A stretch of DNA of 64,000 nt. Origin: Lingula anatina. Its lineage: Eukaryota; Animalia; Brachiopoda. Below the pieces are notes generated by a model. It was not told the origin of the DNA, searched no databases, and saw only the letters and a list, made by a program, of their open reading frames with translations. Location of the stretch: assembly GCA_051362555.1 (NCBI GenBank), contig CM120644.1:10624567-10688566 (forward strand). The letters are read 5' to 3'. Made by a program: the position numbers and the translations under genes. This document shows positions 28,801 to 41,398 of this stretch, in pieces; the stretch's first letter is position 1, and every line of letters begins with the position of its first letter.

Positions 28801-29177
28801 ATCCCGCAGACGCCTTGGCCGCAGTCGAAATGTCTTGAAAGCATCGATATTCTCGTCGTATGTCTGCCTTCGCGTGGAAGCGCTTTCGATGTAATTGTAG
28901 GCGTGTGGGTGAAGATGATTTTTTGCGTAATCTTTAAAGTCGTACACGTTAACAAAACGACGGTTTGCCTATAGGGAAAGGCGTCATTGGTTATTTTTCG
29001 CTTTGAACCGAACGAGTATAAAAATTTAATTGAAAGGCATATTAATTTCTATATATATTTGGAATTACATATCTTTCTGCTACTATTTCGTTGATGGCAT
29101 GTACTTACACTGCTGAGAGTACGAGTTGCCGTCATCAGTACAATCAGAACCAGCAAGGCAGCCATGGCGGAATACAT
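25802..29177 (-). CDS. FMN-dependent L-2-hydroxy-acid oxidase (HAO/glycolate oxidase family) with N-terminal signal peptide and no PTS1 (about 400 aa, 7 exons)
   Basis: Exons 29177-29109 (alternative ATG 29165), 28968-28743, 28214-27990, 27429-27126, 26995-26865, 26266-26144, 25926-25802; 1203 nt, open to TAG. Family motifs ENIDAF..FRLRPRRLRDVS, IAPTA, WMQAY, LTID, VTWDDVDWLK..THLPIILKGIL, SNHGGRTLD, YLDGGIRNG.D...ALALGAKAVFVGRP. Exon 1 encodes MYSAMAALLVLIVLMTATRTLSS; the C-terminus is ...SVNFVG*. HAO1 versus HAO2 orthology cannot be assigned by eye. Confidence 0.92.
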
Positions 29178-31040
29178 AGGACCGCCTCAGTGGCTGTCTG
29201 CAGACGAATGCAGACACCCAAATGTTAGACATCTCTTAATCTAAACTTACATGGCATTTACGTACATATACGATCAATTTTTCGACCTTTTGCTGCTTAC
29301 GTGCTTATATCAGTTGTAGTAATAGTAGAAGTTATAATTTATAACCGCGAATGTGTGGCAACATGAACAACAAAAAGTAATGCACAATCAAAAAAGCAGA
29401 CAAACATACATGGAGCGTATTACCCAGTGCTGCTGATAAATACATTACACATGTAGATACTTGGAGTACGCTTTGTATATGTCTCAGGCTCAGTCCTAAT
29501 CTTGTTTAATTCAAAAGTGGCCAAGACCACAGCCCAATTAGGACTTGGCCCAGACCACATCCCAATTGTGTCTTTGCATTGTTAACAGCATAATGGGCAA
29601 GTTAACTGACCAAATTAATTGCCCAAGCTGCCAATTGTTTTGAATGGCATGTGTAATTTTATAGGGTATGTCTTAGATCAAGGTACATATTATGATACTT
29701 ACGGGTGTGGCAAAATGAGATAAAATTGTATTTCACTACCTGTGATTTGTAAAATTCATCTGAGGATGATATTTTTAAAGTTGTTTAATGTTTAAAGAAA
29801 AGGCATGAATATTGATTTAGTAACACTGACTAAAGAAATGTTAAATTAAAGGCCAGCTGACATTTGTTAGTGTGTTATTTAATTATTTTAATTATGTAGG
29901 TTTTGTAGAGATTATAAGAACAAGTCTGCCCATTTATATTTTGTTGACCTTTTTGGAAAATATCTGCATTTTCTTAAGGATAAATTACAAAGAAAAGAGT
30001 TAATAAATAGCACAACTTTGCTATATTTGCAAACATATCTATTTAGTAAGCAATCATCTTGAAGAGGAACTTCTTATATTTAGGCACATATTATAATACT
30101 TACACGTGCGGCAAATGGAATATAGTAGTATTCATCTGAGGATAAATTTTTAAGATGTTACTAAATCAATCTTCATACATTTTTCTTTCAAACATTAAAC
30201 AATTCCCATACGAAATTGAAAGGGTCATCTATAAATGTAAATCCATCAAGTTATGACAGGCGCTCTTCACCCGCAGTACAGTTTTGACAGCCATCATATA
30301 CACAGCCTCTACATTGCTTCAACAATTCCCTAGCCAAGACTCAAGCTGTATAAGATCGCAGGTAAAAAATGTCACTATAAACCCTTTTCTTTTGACCCAT
30401 AAAGAAAAAAAACTTTTTTGTTCACAAATGCAACAAATTTCCACACATAGCACAACCTCAAGAGATCTTGAGTGCATTGGAACCTGCCAATGCATTTTGA
30501 TTCAGTTCAAGAATAGCATGTGTGTCCAGATTATTATTATTATTATTATTATTATTATGCAGAGGAAAGTCCGCGATCATGCCATTTGAAGAGAGGTAGG
30601 GCACTATAAGATCACGGATCCTAAGCATTGGGCTATTTTAACATGGACATGAACTCTTATAGCCCGTCGATGACCTGTGCAGATATGTGTAATTAGCTCA
30701 TTAATGTGGTCCGCTGTTTCACGTTGCTAGCTGATTTTTTAAACAATGATGCAGCTCAAAGAAAAATATGATACTAACCACAATTTATTTTATTTACATA
30801 GACGAACGATGGTTGTGTGTAGTCGCGCAGATGATTAGACAAGCGGCTTGGGAAATGATGACAATGAACGCTGTCGTTCAGCGGCTTCAGGATAGAAAAA
30901 GGTGGCATTTAAGGCTGTCACTCATCACTACAAACAAGGCCAACTTAACTTACTTCACTTACCCAAACTGTTTTACGCTTAGCATTGTGTCCTATAGAGT
31001 TTACCCTTTAATTATGTTTTACGTATATTACGCAAGGTTA

Positions 31041-31551
31041 AGGGGCATGCACACAGTGAGCATATGGCGCGCGCCACTTGCGCTGAGCCAGACGCTCGCG
31101 CTCCTCAGCTCCCCGCAAACGCTGCGCTCTTTGCTCAGCATAGGTGCCTCCCGGCCTGCCCCTAGCGGACGCACTGTGAACTGTTGGATTATGTGTTTAA
31201 TGAAACATTACATATTGTTGTTTTTTCTGATAGTAATGGACAATGGTGACCACGTTAATCAATCAGACTAACTATAACTGTGTACATTTTTGTTTACTTA
31301 ACTGGGGGCTGCCATTTTTCTTTGTTTCCGGCTACCAGCACATGCGCATTGTTGGCATGGCGTGAGCAATCGGCGCTTGCATCCCGCACACGCTGAGACA
31401 TTTGCCTCAAGAGACCAAAAAAATCAAACACGTGAGAAATTTTGCTCAGCCGCGCGAGAGGCAAAAATCTCACCAAAATACCCCCGCACACGATGAGAAA
31501 ACGGCGCAGCGCAAGTGGCGCGCGCCAAATGCTCACCGTGTGCGGGCCCCT
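31041..31551. mobile_element. PIF/Harbinger-type MITE
   Basis: About 45-bp imperfect TIRs (AGGGGCATGCACACAGTGAGCATATGGCGCGCGCCACTTGCGCTG / CAGCGCAAGTGGCGCGCGCCAAATGCTCACCGTGTGCGGGCCCCT) flanked by TTA at 31038-31040 and 31552-31554. Confidence 0.8.
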
Positions 31552-32679
31552 TTAGGGTTTTTAATCCATATCCGTCGTCCCACTAAAACTGTATAACTCT
31601 AAGTTTCCCTTCACTGACACTGGGTTTACAGTATGTTTGTTTACTGCACTGTAATGCCGGGTATCGTGCCGATTAAAAAGGTGAATTTAAAGCATTTTTG
31701 ATAATCTTTTCCATCCAAAATTTAAATAAGACCATTTTCTTCATTTTTTGGATGTTCAAAATATACATGTGCATCGTAACTTTTCTATATTTGAATTTAC
31801 GAGTCAAAACAAGTCACTTACACTAACTACGCATCTAATTTTTTTCCTCGCATCGTCTATGATTATTTATGATGATTGCTCTTTGGCATGTTAGAAATGA
31901 ATAACAAAGAAACAGAAACAAAAAAAACACTTCTAAAAAGTTGGACGGCGTTTAAAGTTTGGTATGCTATTATTCAAGCACGTTGTTCATTCATTTCACG
32001 TGTGTCGCGTGCTGAAAACAATGCATAACCCAGGGGTCTTACTGTCTGTAAAAGCAAGATGTTTTGCCATCTTAACGTGTGAATAACATTCATAATCCAT
32101 CATTCTTAAACAAATTAAGGTTCATTTGCCAATTTTAATTATTAAAATAGGTATGGAAAAATTTACTGAAATTTGCCGGCAAATATTTCGTCTATTGACA
32201 GTCAGACTTCATCAAGAATGTGCACTTCAGGAAATTTTAAATGAAATGTTTCTGTTTATTGAAAACACAAAGCTAAGGAAACTGTTCAACTTCATCATGC
32301 ATCAAATGTTCTCTTAACTGATTTGTGTCAACGGAACATTGTTTATCAACATCAACGATTGACAAACAGTTAATTAAAACCGTCAGTTTCTTACTTTACC
32401 ATTGTAAATGAAGGTATAGATGTACTTAGTAGTATCTGTGCATATATTCCGAACTTTATCATCTTTAATAATTTCATAGCACAATAAATCACATACACTT
32501 TTATTCATATATTTGATTATTCTACGAAAAAAATAATATTAGTTGTTTAGCTAGCAGTGCAAAAAGACAGTATTAACAGACATCTGAAATTTTACGTCTT
32601 TGATATGTATGAAAACTCCATGGAAATAATGGATTAATTGGCCAGAATAATCTTACCAATATCGGTTTTGACTTGTTAG

Positions 32680-33275
32680 ACCGTGGAATACACGTGGGAT
32701 ACACGTTGCAGCTCAACGTTACCTATAACGTGGCAGCAACGTTACTTTGAACGTGGATTTCACTTAAACTTGTAAGAGGTTTGAACGTGTAATCCACGTT
32801 GCTACCCCACGTTACCTTTAACGTGGCAACAACGTTACTCTGAACGTGGATTACACGTAAATTGTAACCGTTTTTTACGTGGAATACACGTTTCACCCCA
32901 ACGTTACATATTACGTGGCAGCAACGTTACTTTGAACGTGGATTTCACTTAAACTTGTAAGAGGTTTGAACGTGGAATCCACGTTGCACCCCCACGTTAC
33001 CTTTAACGTCGCAACAACGTTACTCTGAACGTGGATTACACGTAAATTGTAACCGTTTTTTACGTGGAATACACGTTTCACCCCAACGTTACATATTACG
33101 TGGCAGCAACGTTACTTTGAACGTGGATTCCACGAAAATGTGTAACCGTTTTTACGTGGAATACACGTTTCACCCCCACTTACATATAACGTGGCAGCAA
33201 CGTTACCTTGAACGTGGATTCCACGTAAATTTGAAACCGTTTTTTACGTGGAATACACGTTTCATCCCAACGTGA
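32680..33275. repeat. ACGT-rich minisatellite, about 92-bp monomer with a 185-bp dimeric higher-order unit (about 6.5 monomers)
   Basis: TACGTGGAATACACGTTTCA recurs at 32876, 33061, 33153 and 33245 (spacings 185, 92, 92); two monomer variants alternate in the left part. Confidence 0.85.
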
Positions 33276-33989
33276 TCATTATTTGTTGTCCGTACTCTTA
33301 ACCATAACCTTTTATTGTTTTTACATAACAAGGATGGCGACACAGTTTGTATATCTCTATATGCATGTGCAAACAAATTTATATGGATAAACATCTCATT
33401 TACCATAATTGTCTCAGATAAAGTTGTTACCCCGTAATGTTAGTGTAGTTGCTTTTCATTCGTACACCTCCGTATCGAGAAAAAAAGAATGACAGAAATG
33501 GTAGTCCTAGGAGTGGAAGTCCAGGGCCCTATATGATAAGTATAGGTTAGGGTAAGTCGGAGTATTGGGGTTAGTATATGGGGCGCATGACACCTGAACA
33601 AAGTAATGGGGAATGGGCTACGGTTTCTAGAGAACTGCCATTCCTGCCTCGCCGGCCCAAGCTATTTGTGATTAATTTGCTGTGTAAGAAGTTCGTTGAA
33701 AAATTGAAAAATTATGAAGTATTTGACAAAAATACAACTTACAAACATCTGAAAGTTCGCTGTTCACTTCAGATGTTTTTTTTCGTTCGTTTATCGATAG
33801 CGATATGATCATAATGAAGATACACAATATGTGTCCAGCTGTGGGTATTTATCCGTCAGTGTCACACAACAGGTGCTTTTTGCTTCCTCGTGGAACGATT
33901 CAAAGGACAAGATGTATTACCCAGTACCAGAAAAGCCTCACAATGCATTGTGCAATTAGAAAGAAAATCTGCGGATCGAGTGAGAAAAA

Positions 33990-33993
<4 letters not shown>

Positions 33994-34031
<38 letters not shown>

Positions 34032-34103
34032 ATGCATGCGCGCGTGGACATGTGTGTTTGTATGTGTGTGTGTGTGTGTTTGTGTTCGTGCATGTGTGTG
34101 TGT

Positions 34104-34146
<43 letters not shown>
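33994..34146. repeat. Compound (GT)n/(GA)n microsatellite
   Basis: Direct inspection; similar compound tracts at about 2990-3036, 35898-35974, 40360-40432 and 53399-53592. Confidence 0.9.
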
Positions 34147-34148
<2 letters not shown>

Positions 34149-35906
34149 ACGGGTTCCTCAAAGCATACTCATCAAATACACGAAAAGATACCTGTAAAGT
34201 AAGAAAAACATATCAATCTAACGGTGAGGCACGTAATACCGACCTCACATATTTTACCTGAACTGCACTCTAAACAGTTTACCTTTATATTTGCTATCTA
34301 AATTGTGAATCTAGCTATCCTCCCCCCAGCTGTTCCCCGATGACTTATGACTCCGCGTCTTATGCCTTCACGTGAGTCAACTCCCCACAGTTACGCTTTA
34401 AGTCATAAGTGAAGACCTCTTAATCGAACGTCATCACGCCATGGCGCTTCGTAAGGAAGTATATTCCCTGGTTAAAAGTACACCTCTTCAACTTTTGATA
34501 AAACCTTTTTGTCATGAATTGCTCTGACTCACTCCTAAAGGTACAAAGATGTCGATATTGGTAGAGTAATACCTTACTAGATGTTTTGTTGCTGTTGCAG
34601 GTCTTTTCGCAAAAAAAAAAAAAAAAACTGACGCTCTGATACACGTCAATGAAACACACAGTGTGTGTGACAGCGCTGACTTATCTCAATAAATGAGCTG
34701 TTTTATACAGTGCTTTGCCAACCCCAAATGTGTAAAGAAATCAACAGCAATTAAGTGATATACAGGTAAAATAATGTTATGATTATATAAAGATAGTAAC
34801 AGTAGGATAGTAATGTATTTAATATTATACAAAATATGTGTCAATGACCTCTCAGACTGTCACATTTGCCATAATTGTGATATTTCAATTTTAAATACAA
34901 ATATTGAAAGATGTCTCAATTTAATCAAGACACGTTAAGTACAAGGTACACTGTATTGAAAGTCAATAACAGTGAGGCTCTTCTGTCAGGCATTACAGGT
35001 ACAAATTGAAATTTAAATTAAAATGAAGTGATTACGTGATAACAAATTGTTCATTCTTTAGAAACCAATAACTGAGATTAACTTGCTGCCTTAAATGCCG
35101 CTCACAGAATTTTAATTGCATCACTTCCTCAAAGAAACCAACAATTTTTTTTTCTGAAATAACTCCTTACCGGTTATAAAAATCAGGGTTCACTTCTGAC
35201 TCTACGTCATCAAAATCCCTCTATCTGCCTCACTGTGTGCAACGGAGAAGATCAGTTTGATATCTTCTAAGTTTTTACTCTAGGAAAAATAGATTGTTGC
35301 TACAGTAAATACTACTTGGTTATTTGAGGTAACCAGATTTGTCTTCATGTTAGAAGGACAAAGCGTATTAATGCCCATACGGGAACTATATGTAACACCA
35401 TTTATGATATTGTAACGGTCGCCGGGTTTTCGGTTTTTTTAAAATTTGTCAAAAGATCTATTTTGACAATGTCGTAGAGGATACGGAGGCCATGAATCTA
35501 TAAGATTTGTACGATTCGGGGAGGGGGGGGGCAAACGCTTGCCTCCGCACGGATGCCGCACGAGAGGGGATATGCAGGCAATACATGTACACACCTTTGG
35601 GCATTTTATTCTAAATCAGGGATTTTGGTGGGGAAACATTTACGATTTCCCTCTGCGTGTTTGGCAAATAATGCACTGCTAGCCCCTACCCCAATATACT
35701 GGTACAAACGGCACCGCCGTCGCATGACCAATGTAGCCTGCGCCCAATGCATCATAAATGTCATAAACACCTGTTTGTCAACCTGTTTCATTCCCATGTC
35801 AAGGCTGTGCTGAACATTATTATAAATCACCACCATTAATCTAATCTATAATGTTGTGAGGTACGTATGTCTTAGATATAAATTTGCTCACACAAACTCT
35901 CTCTCT

Positions 35907-35969
<63 letters not shown>

Positions 35970-36049
35970 GCACACAGTTTTTAGGAAAGATAGCGCTGTA
36001 TGATAGCGTATTGAATTGTACATAGCACTTCCAATGTTTCCTCCCTATT

Positions 36050-36053
<4 letters not shown>

Positions 36054-36132
<79 letters not shown>
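36054..36132. repeat. (TA)n microsatellite at the left edge of the tandem gene array
   Basis: Perfect TA run; further (TA)n tracts at about 46459-46529, 52943-52994 and 62246-62315. Confidence 0.9.
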
Positions 36133-36135
<3 letters not shown>

Positions 36136-38087
36136 CGTGTGTATACTTATGATAACATTTTAATAAAACTGCCATGACGTGAGTCAATAACTTAAATTTA
36201 ATAAGTGACATACGGTATTTCAAATGATCATAAATGCACGATTTGTTTTACTATGCTAAGCCCCTCTAACCCGAGGTAATCCTTCATTATTCTTTTGCAC
36301 GCCATGGGTGTTTTCACTGTTATACAAGAAATTTTCAAACTGAACAATTTCCCTCATATATTATCGCTGAGAATCTAGTATCTAACCGTCTTTATGGCTA
36401 AGTCAGTAATGGCCTGATTTTAGAAAGCTTTTATTACAATTGAATTATAGTTTAATAACGAGATACCCATCTGTCGATATTTTACGGTTTACTTTTCCAG
36501 TTGTTTACATCATGACGTTGGCCATTATGCCGTGTTGTCCTTGAACTGTTCGGAGATAATGGGGTCACTTAATTTTATGCCAAACATTAACTTACACACA
36601 CGCTCTTTTGCCTATCGTTAGATTTTACAAACGATGACTTGTCAGTTTTTTTCATAACCGTCCCTAATTTGCATAGCTGTTGTGATTCGAATAGAAACTG
36701 TTTAAAATAAAAGTAGCATTGTCTGAGTGTCCAATTACCAATTGACGTCGTAGTCTCTGGCTTAGTCTCTTTTCTTTTTTTTTTTTTTTTTTTACAAAAT
36801 ATCATTGTTCATTTTTTCAATCTTTCCTAAATGACTCCTGCATGCTAACCGGCCATCCCACTACAAAACTGTTATTCGAATACACATGAAGAGATTGGTA
36901 CGCATATGCCTGTGCTATGGCTGTCAGTGGCGCGCCAGACTTTCTTTTATATGTGATTTTTCAACATTTGGCATCTTACACTAGATTTTATTCCTAATTT
37001 TGGATCACTGTTGACAGTTTTGCTTGTTTATAATTGTTTATGAGAATAACGCGAAAAAAGTTACACATCAAAGAGTTTAGACAGGAAATTCCCTAATTTG
37101 CTAAATTTTAGTTGATGATTTCCGTCAGTTTTACCCAAGCAGTTTCAAAATGTCTGATTAAACACAATTTCAACTGGATACATGATTATACAGACGCAGA
37201 AGTACTTTGTACTAGAGGGGCCAGTTAATTAACCTATATAACAAAAGGTTATCAATATCGATAAACAAGCGGGTGTGAAATATCTCTATTACAGGAAGTT
37301 GCTATTCTTTAGCCGTGGCTTGGAAAGGATTAAAAGTGATATGAGAAGTTACATGTGGTATTTAGTATTTAGGGAAGTAAGGCTTTAAACAACATTTGCC
37401 GAAAATAATATTGAGACAATTTTAAACCTTTAACTTTCAGACATCAGTCACATTGAATAAATCCTTTAGTGTCAGGGTAAAAGCTTTCACAGGTACTCTT
37501 TCCAAAAGTTTGCGTAGGAAGTGAAAAGTTTCAAATTGCCTCAACATGATCGACAATACTACGCAGCTTAGCTTCCATCATAATATATATGAAAAAAAAT
37601 CATTTTAATTTGCTCTTTTTCCCACCCAAATTACTTTGGATAAAACTTGTTTTGTTGTAATTTTCCTTTTCAAATGCAGGTCTTGATGTGATCGCGGATA
37701 TAACGTTAACGCGGCACGATTCTTCACGATTGATAGTCGTGTTCACAATTACAGCACTGTCGTGTTATACGTATGCTCATGCAACACAGGTTTCTGCAGG
37801 GACTGTGTATGATTAGGCGTAAAAAGTAAAGAGTTCAAATAACCTTTTCACTTTATTTTGTACATATATTTTCAAAACAAAAAAAACGAAACAAAATTCT
37901 GAGGGAGACACATTAGTAGTTTCCTTGCAAATTGATTCTGATGTACGCAAGATCAATGAAAGGATTTTTTTCTTGATAAAGCAAATTTTCAGAAGAACAA
38001 TAAAGCACTGTCAATTTGACAGGCAGACAAATGGCGATTATCTTACGAAGGGTTACGTCGTGACCCTAGTTGTGGGGGGTAGGGGAC

Positions 38088-38094
38088 TATAAAA
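38088..38094 (+). promoter_or_regulatory. TATA box of GYR gene 1
   Basis: TATAAAA 75 nt upstream of the ATG; conserved at 50593-50599 in unit 2. Confidence 0.7.
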
Positions 38095-38162
38095 GACCTC
38101 AATCCCTAAGTAGGAACTATCTGTTGGATCTTTAGCGCTCCTTAGCCGAGAATTCTTCGATC

Positions 38163-39470
38163 ATGAAGTTTGCCTTGTTCTTGCTGGTTGCCCTTGTGGC
38201 TGTCGCTTTTGTCAGCGCCAGACCGGATTATTCGGGGTAAAATAGAATTTATTGCATTTCTATAAGTAATTTACTATGTATTTATTGTGAAATATTGATA
38301 TCTCACGAACGGCTGTTATCCGTTTAATCACAGAATTATTCTAACAAAATATAATTTTTTCAGTTACTTTTATATCATGTTCTTGTTTAATGTCTTTGTA
38401 GTAATTACTACCGCCGTGGATACGGATATAGAGATGGATACGGATATAGACGTGGATACGGATATGGACGACCATACGGCTATGGACCTGGCTACGGCTA
38501 CAGACATAGATATGGTTACTATGGCTACGGCCGCCCATATGGCGCCTACCGTTACCGTTACCATGGCAAATATCCTGGTAAGTAATACAAAGTGTTAGTC
38601 ACGTACCTGCGGCGCAGTCAAGCAAGTTTGTACGTATATACGTTGTTATTATAATTTCTATAACCCTTTCTTTACCTTCTTCTTCTTATGACCTTTTGCA
38701 TATAAGCAGTTCATTAGGTTGGAACCTTGTGTTCGTTTGTCTGTAATGGAGTCAGGTGAAAATGTTATTCGAGGCCTATGCGTTTGTATTACGAATAATC
38801 CTTCTAGCATATTACATGTATCAGCATCCCCTTTTGCATTAACTATGTTTTTTTTTATTTCCAGACTCAACTCTTCAATTTTCAAACAGTAGTTTTCTAT
38901 TAAGTTACACCTGCATTGGCCTTTCAAAATTGCCTCGAATTAAATTTATCTCTTCATCGGTCGGCTTATGCATATTTTCTTAAAAGTATTACTATTTCAA
39001 TGAATCTTATCCAAATGTTTGTGGCTTTGCAAATCCTTCTACAATTCCCAGGACACAGCATAACGTTTTTTTCTTCTTAAACCATACCGCAACGTTTTTG
39101 TGTTTGCTGGGCTGTATTTTATATTTTTTTTCTTACCAGAAACCAAGAGGTTTGTTTACCCTCCATCGTGTGATCATTGTTTCTTTACTTTTCAGATATC
39201 TCTATCCGCTGTATTTAATTTCATTCACTCACACAAAAAAATTGATATTTATTTTCTGGAGGAGTTTATCAAAGCGAAAAAATGATAGAGACGAGCTGCT
39301 TAACGCAAGGTTAACATTTGAATTGTGCAAAAGAATTACTCGTTTGCAAAATGCTAGTCGTACCAGCCCCAAATTCAGGTCTGACTTTAAAAAATAGCTT
39401 ACTTTTAAAAAAACTCCCTCGAATACTGAGGTCTCCCAATTAAAACAACTAAATAGCACGAGAATAGAGA

Positions 39471-39501
<31 letters not shown>

Positions 39502-39767
39502 GAACCGCACATTGTAAATTGAGTTTTTATAAAAACCTTATGCTGATACACGTACTGCCACTTGCTATTTGAATTAGTGCCACGTGCTCTTTGAATTTAG
39601 GTCACTGCGGACCTGACGGTGTGTACGCCAGATCTGCCAGCTCTCTGGTCTTCTGTTCCAACGGCCGTGCTCTGGTTCAGAACTGCGCTCCAGGATCTGC
39701 CATCAGCAAGATGCAGCTAGGAAAGTACTACTCCATGGCCGTCTGTGACGTTAACCTTGTTGGTTGA
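38163..39767 (+). CDS. Small secreted Gly/Tyr/Arg-rich protein with C-terminal 4-Cys domain, type I, unit 1 (138 aa; GYR gene 1)
   Basis: Exons 38163-38236, 38402-38577, 39601-39767. [138 protein letters not shown]. Predicted 3'UTR intron 39786-40192 and AATAAA at 40265. Confidence 0.9.
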
Positions 39768-40358
39768 AACTAATCTCACAGCTGGGTAAGTCAATTTTGT
39801 TTGTTGTATTTTTTTATTATTATTTTATTGCTTATAGCGTCTCAATTGGCAGTCACAAGTCAGGGATCTTTTGGATTAATATACGGATATTTATGGCTGG
39901 GCATTAATTCCAAAGTTTATTTGTTGGAAAAAAGGCTCAGTGCCTGCTTGGGCGTAAATGGAAAAAATGACAATAAGATGTTGGGTTATTTAAGACATTG
40001 TAAGATACTGTCCGCGGAAATACCAGCTTTAAAACAGTCGGAGAAATTCGGGTTAATTTATAATATAATACAATATTCAGATAACCTTCATCTCTTCGCT
40101 CTCTGTTCAAGAAGTGCACCATAAATATAATCAGTATAAAATAATTATGATATATAAATGAAAAACGCTGAATGTTTCTTTATATTTTTCAGATGAAATC
40201 CTTCCCGGCCAGAAAAGCGGTTTTCATGGAATTTGCAAATTTAACGCCTTATGGTCACGTTCAAAATAAAAGATTTGTTTAAAATGAGTCTTGCTTTATA
40301 AGTGGAACTTATGAATGTTTTCCAAAAGATAAGTGGAGATTTGTTGAAACAAATAATT

Positions 40359-40437
<79 letters not shown>

Positions 40438-41322
40438 GAAAAGACACACACACACGTAGACACACATGCGTTTACACAAGCATTTGCGTGCGCGCGAAGG
40501 CTCACTTTCCTAGCAAAATCGGTACAGACGATAACTAAATCTAAACACACACAGAATTATTTCAGAATCTCTTTAACTCGTGTTACACGTCAACGAACAG
40601 AAGCATGTAAAGGAAAAACACAGTGCACAGATGACCACCTCCCCCTCCACTATATTCAGTACTTCATTCTACAATGCACGTTTGATGTTACAATAACATC
40701 CGACCGGGTAAAAACACCAGTTAAGTTATGTAATTACAATATATTTTCTGCTCAATCATCAAAAACTGTGTATTTGCGTGTCACTGTACATTGAACAACA
40801 AAGAGGTAATTGTCAGATTGGTCTTAAACGTCATGGTCATTGGTGCACGTATATAACTCATCTCATCTCTATGGTGCCAGTTGCTATTATAGATCTCTAA
40901 GAAACATATAAGTGGAAAGAGACAAATGGGTGAAAAGAAACCATTAAGTGAAATTACAAAACAAAAAAGGATGAAATCTCCGTTTATATGGTCAAAGGTT
41001 ATGGGATATTAATATTTTAATGCGATAAGATGACCGTGAAATAAACCGTAAATAAAACAAAACTTCAACCTTGAAAATTATTTATTACAGCTGACCAAGG
41101 TTGATAAATTTATCGCTAGCTCAATGCTCTTATTCAGCGATTTTGTTTATTTTCACCGACAGCAATACTGCTGTACTGCATTTGTTGCCCTGCATATCGC
41201 AAACCATATCTGTGCCAGGATTCCTTATTAAACAGAGCAAATCGAACAAACACGCGATCTGTGCAACAACATTTAAATGAACGATGGTTTTTTTACAATA
41301 AAAAAGGGCTTGCCTCGGACAC

Positions 41323-41329
41323 TATAAAA
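41323..41329 (+). promoter_or_regulatory. TATA box of GYR gene 2
   Basis: TATAAAA 76 nt upstream of the ATG; conserved at 54467-54473 in unit 2. Confidence 0.7.
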
Positions 41330-41398
41330 AGGCCACCCACTGACATGAACGGTTATCAGTAGTTTATTCATCTGATCCTGTCCATCTAAACCTGGACT

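Noticed and set aside
25802-29177. Bacterial origin (HGT or contamination) of the oxidase
   Set aside because: Six canonical spliceosomal introns and animal HAO-like motifs; nothing in the sequence suggests a recent prokaryotic source, though only a phylogeny could exclude an ancient transfer.
30768-31596. 167-aa and neighbouring ORFs
   Set aside because: They overlap a Harbinger-type MITE and show no protein-like features.
32680-33275. CRISPR-like appearance of the regularly spaced repeats
   Set aside because: The whole monomer repeats with no unique spacers, there are no cas genes, and the context is eukaryotic; it is a minisatellite.
33805-34261. ORFs with CVCVCV/ERERER/THTHTH/IYIYIY runs (also near 3000, 36000, 40300 and 53400)
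   Set aside because: Translations of dinucleotide microsatellites.
35411-35816. Possible solo LTR (TGTAAC...ACA)
   Set aside because: No convincing TSD, no second copy and no internal retroelement sequence in the window.
38341-38598. ORF-track proteins MDTDIDVDT..., [10 protein letters not shown]... and MGGRSHSNH... (also at about 51000 and 42500-42800)
   Set aside because: Shadow frames of the Gly/Tyr-repeat exons; splice phase with the signal-peptide and Cys exons selects the GYR frame.
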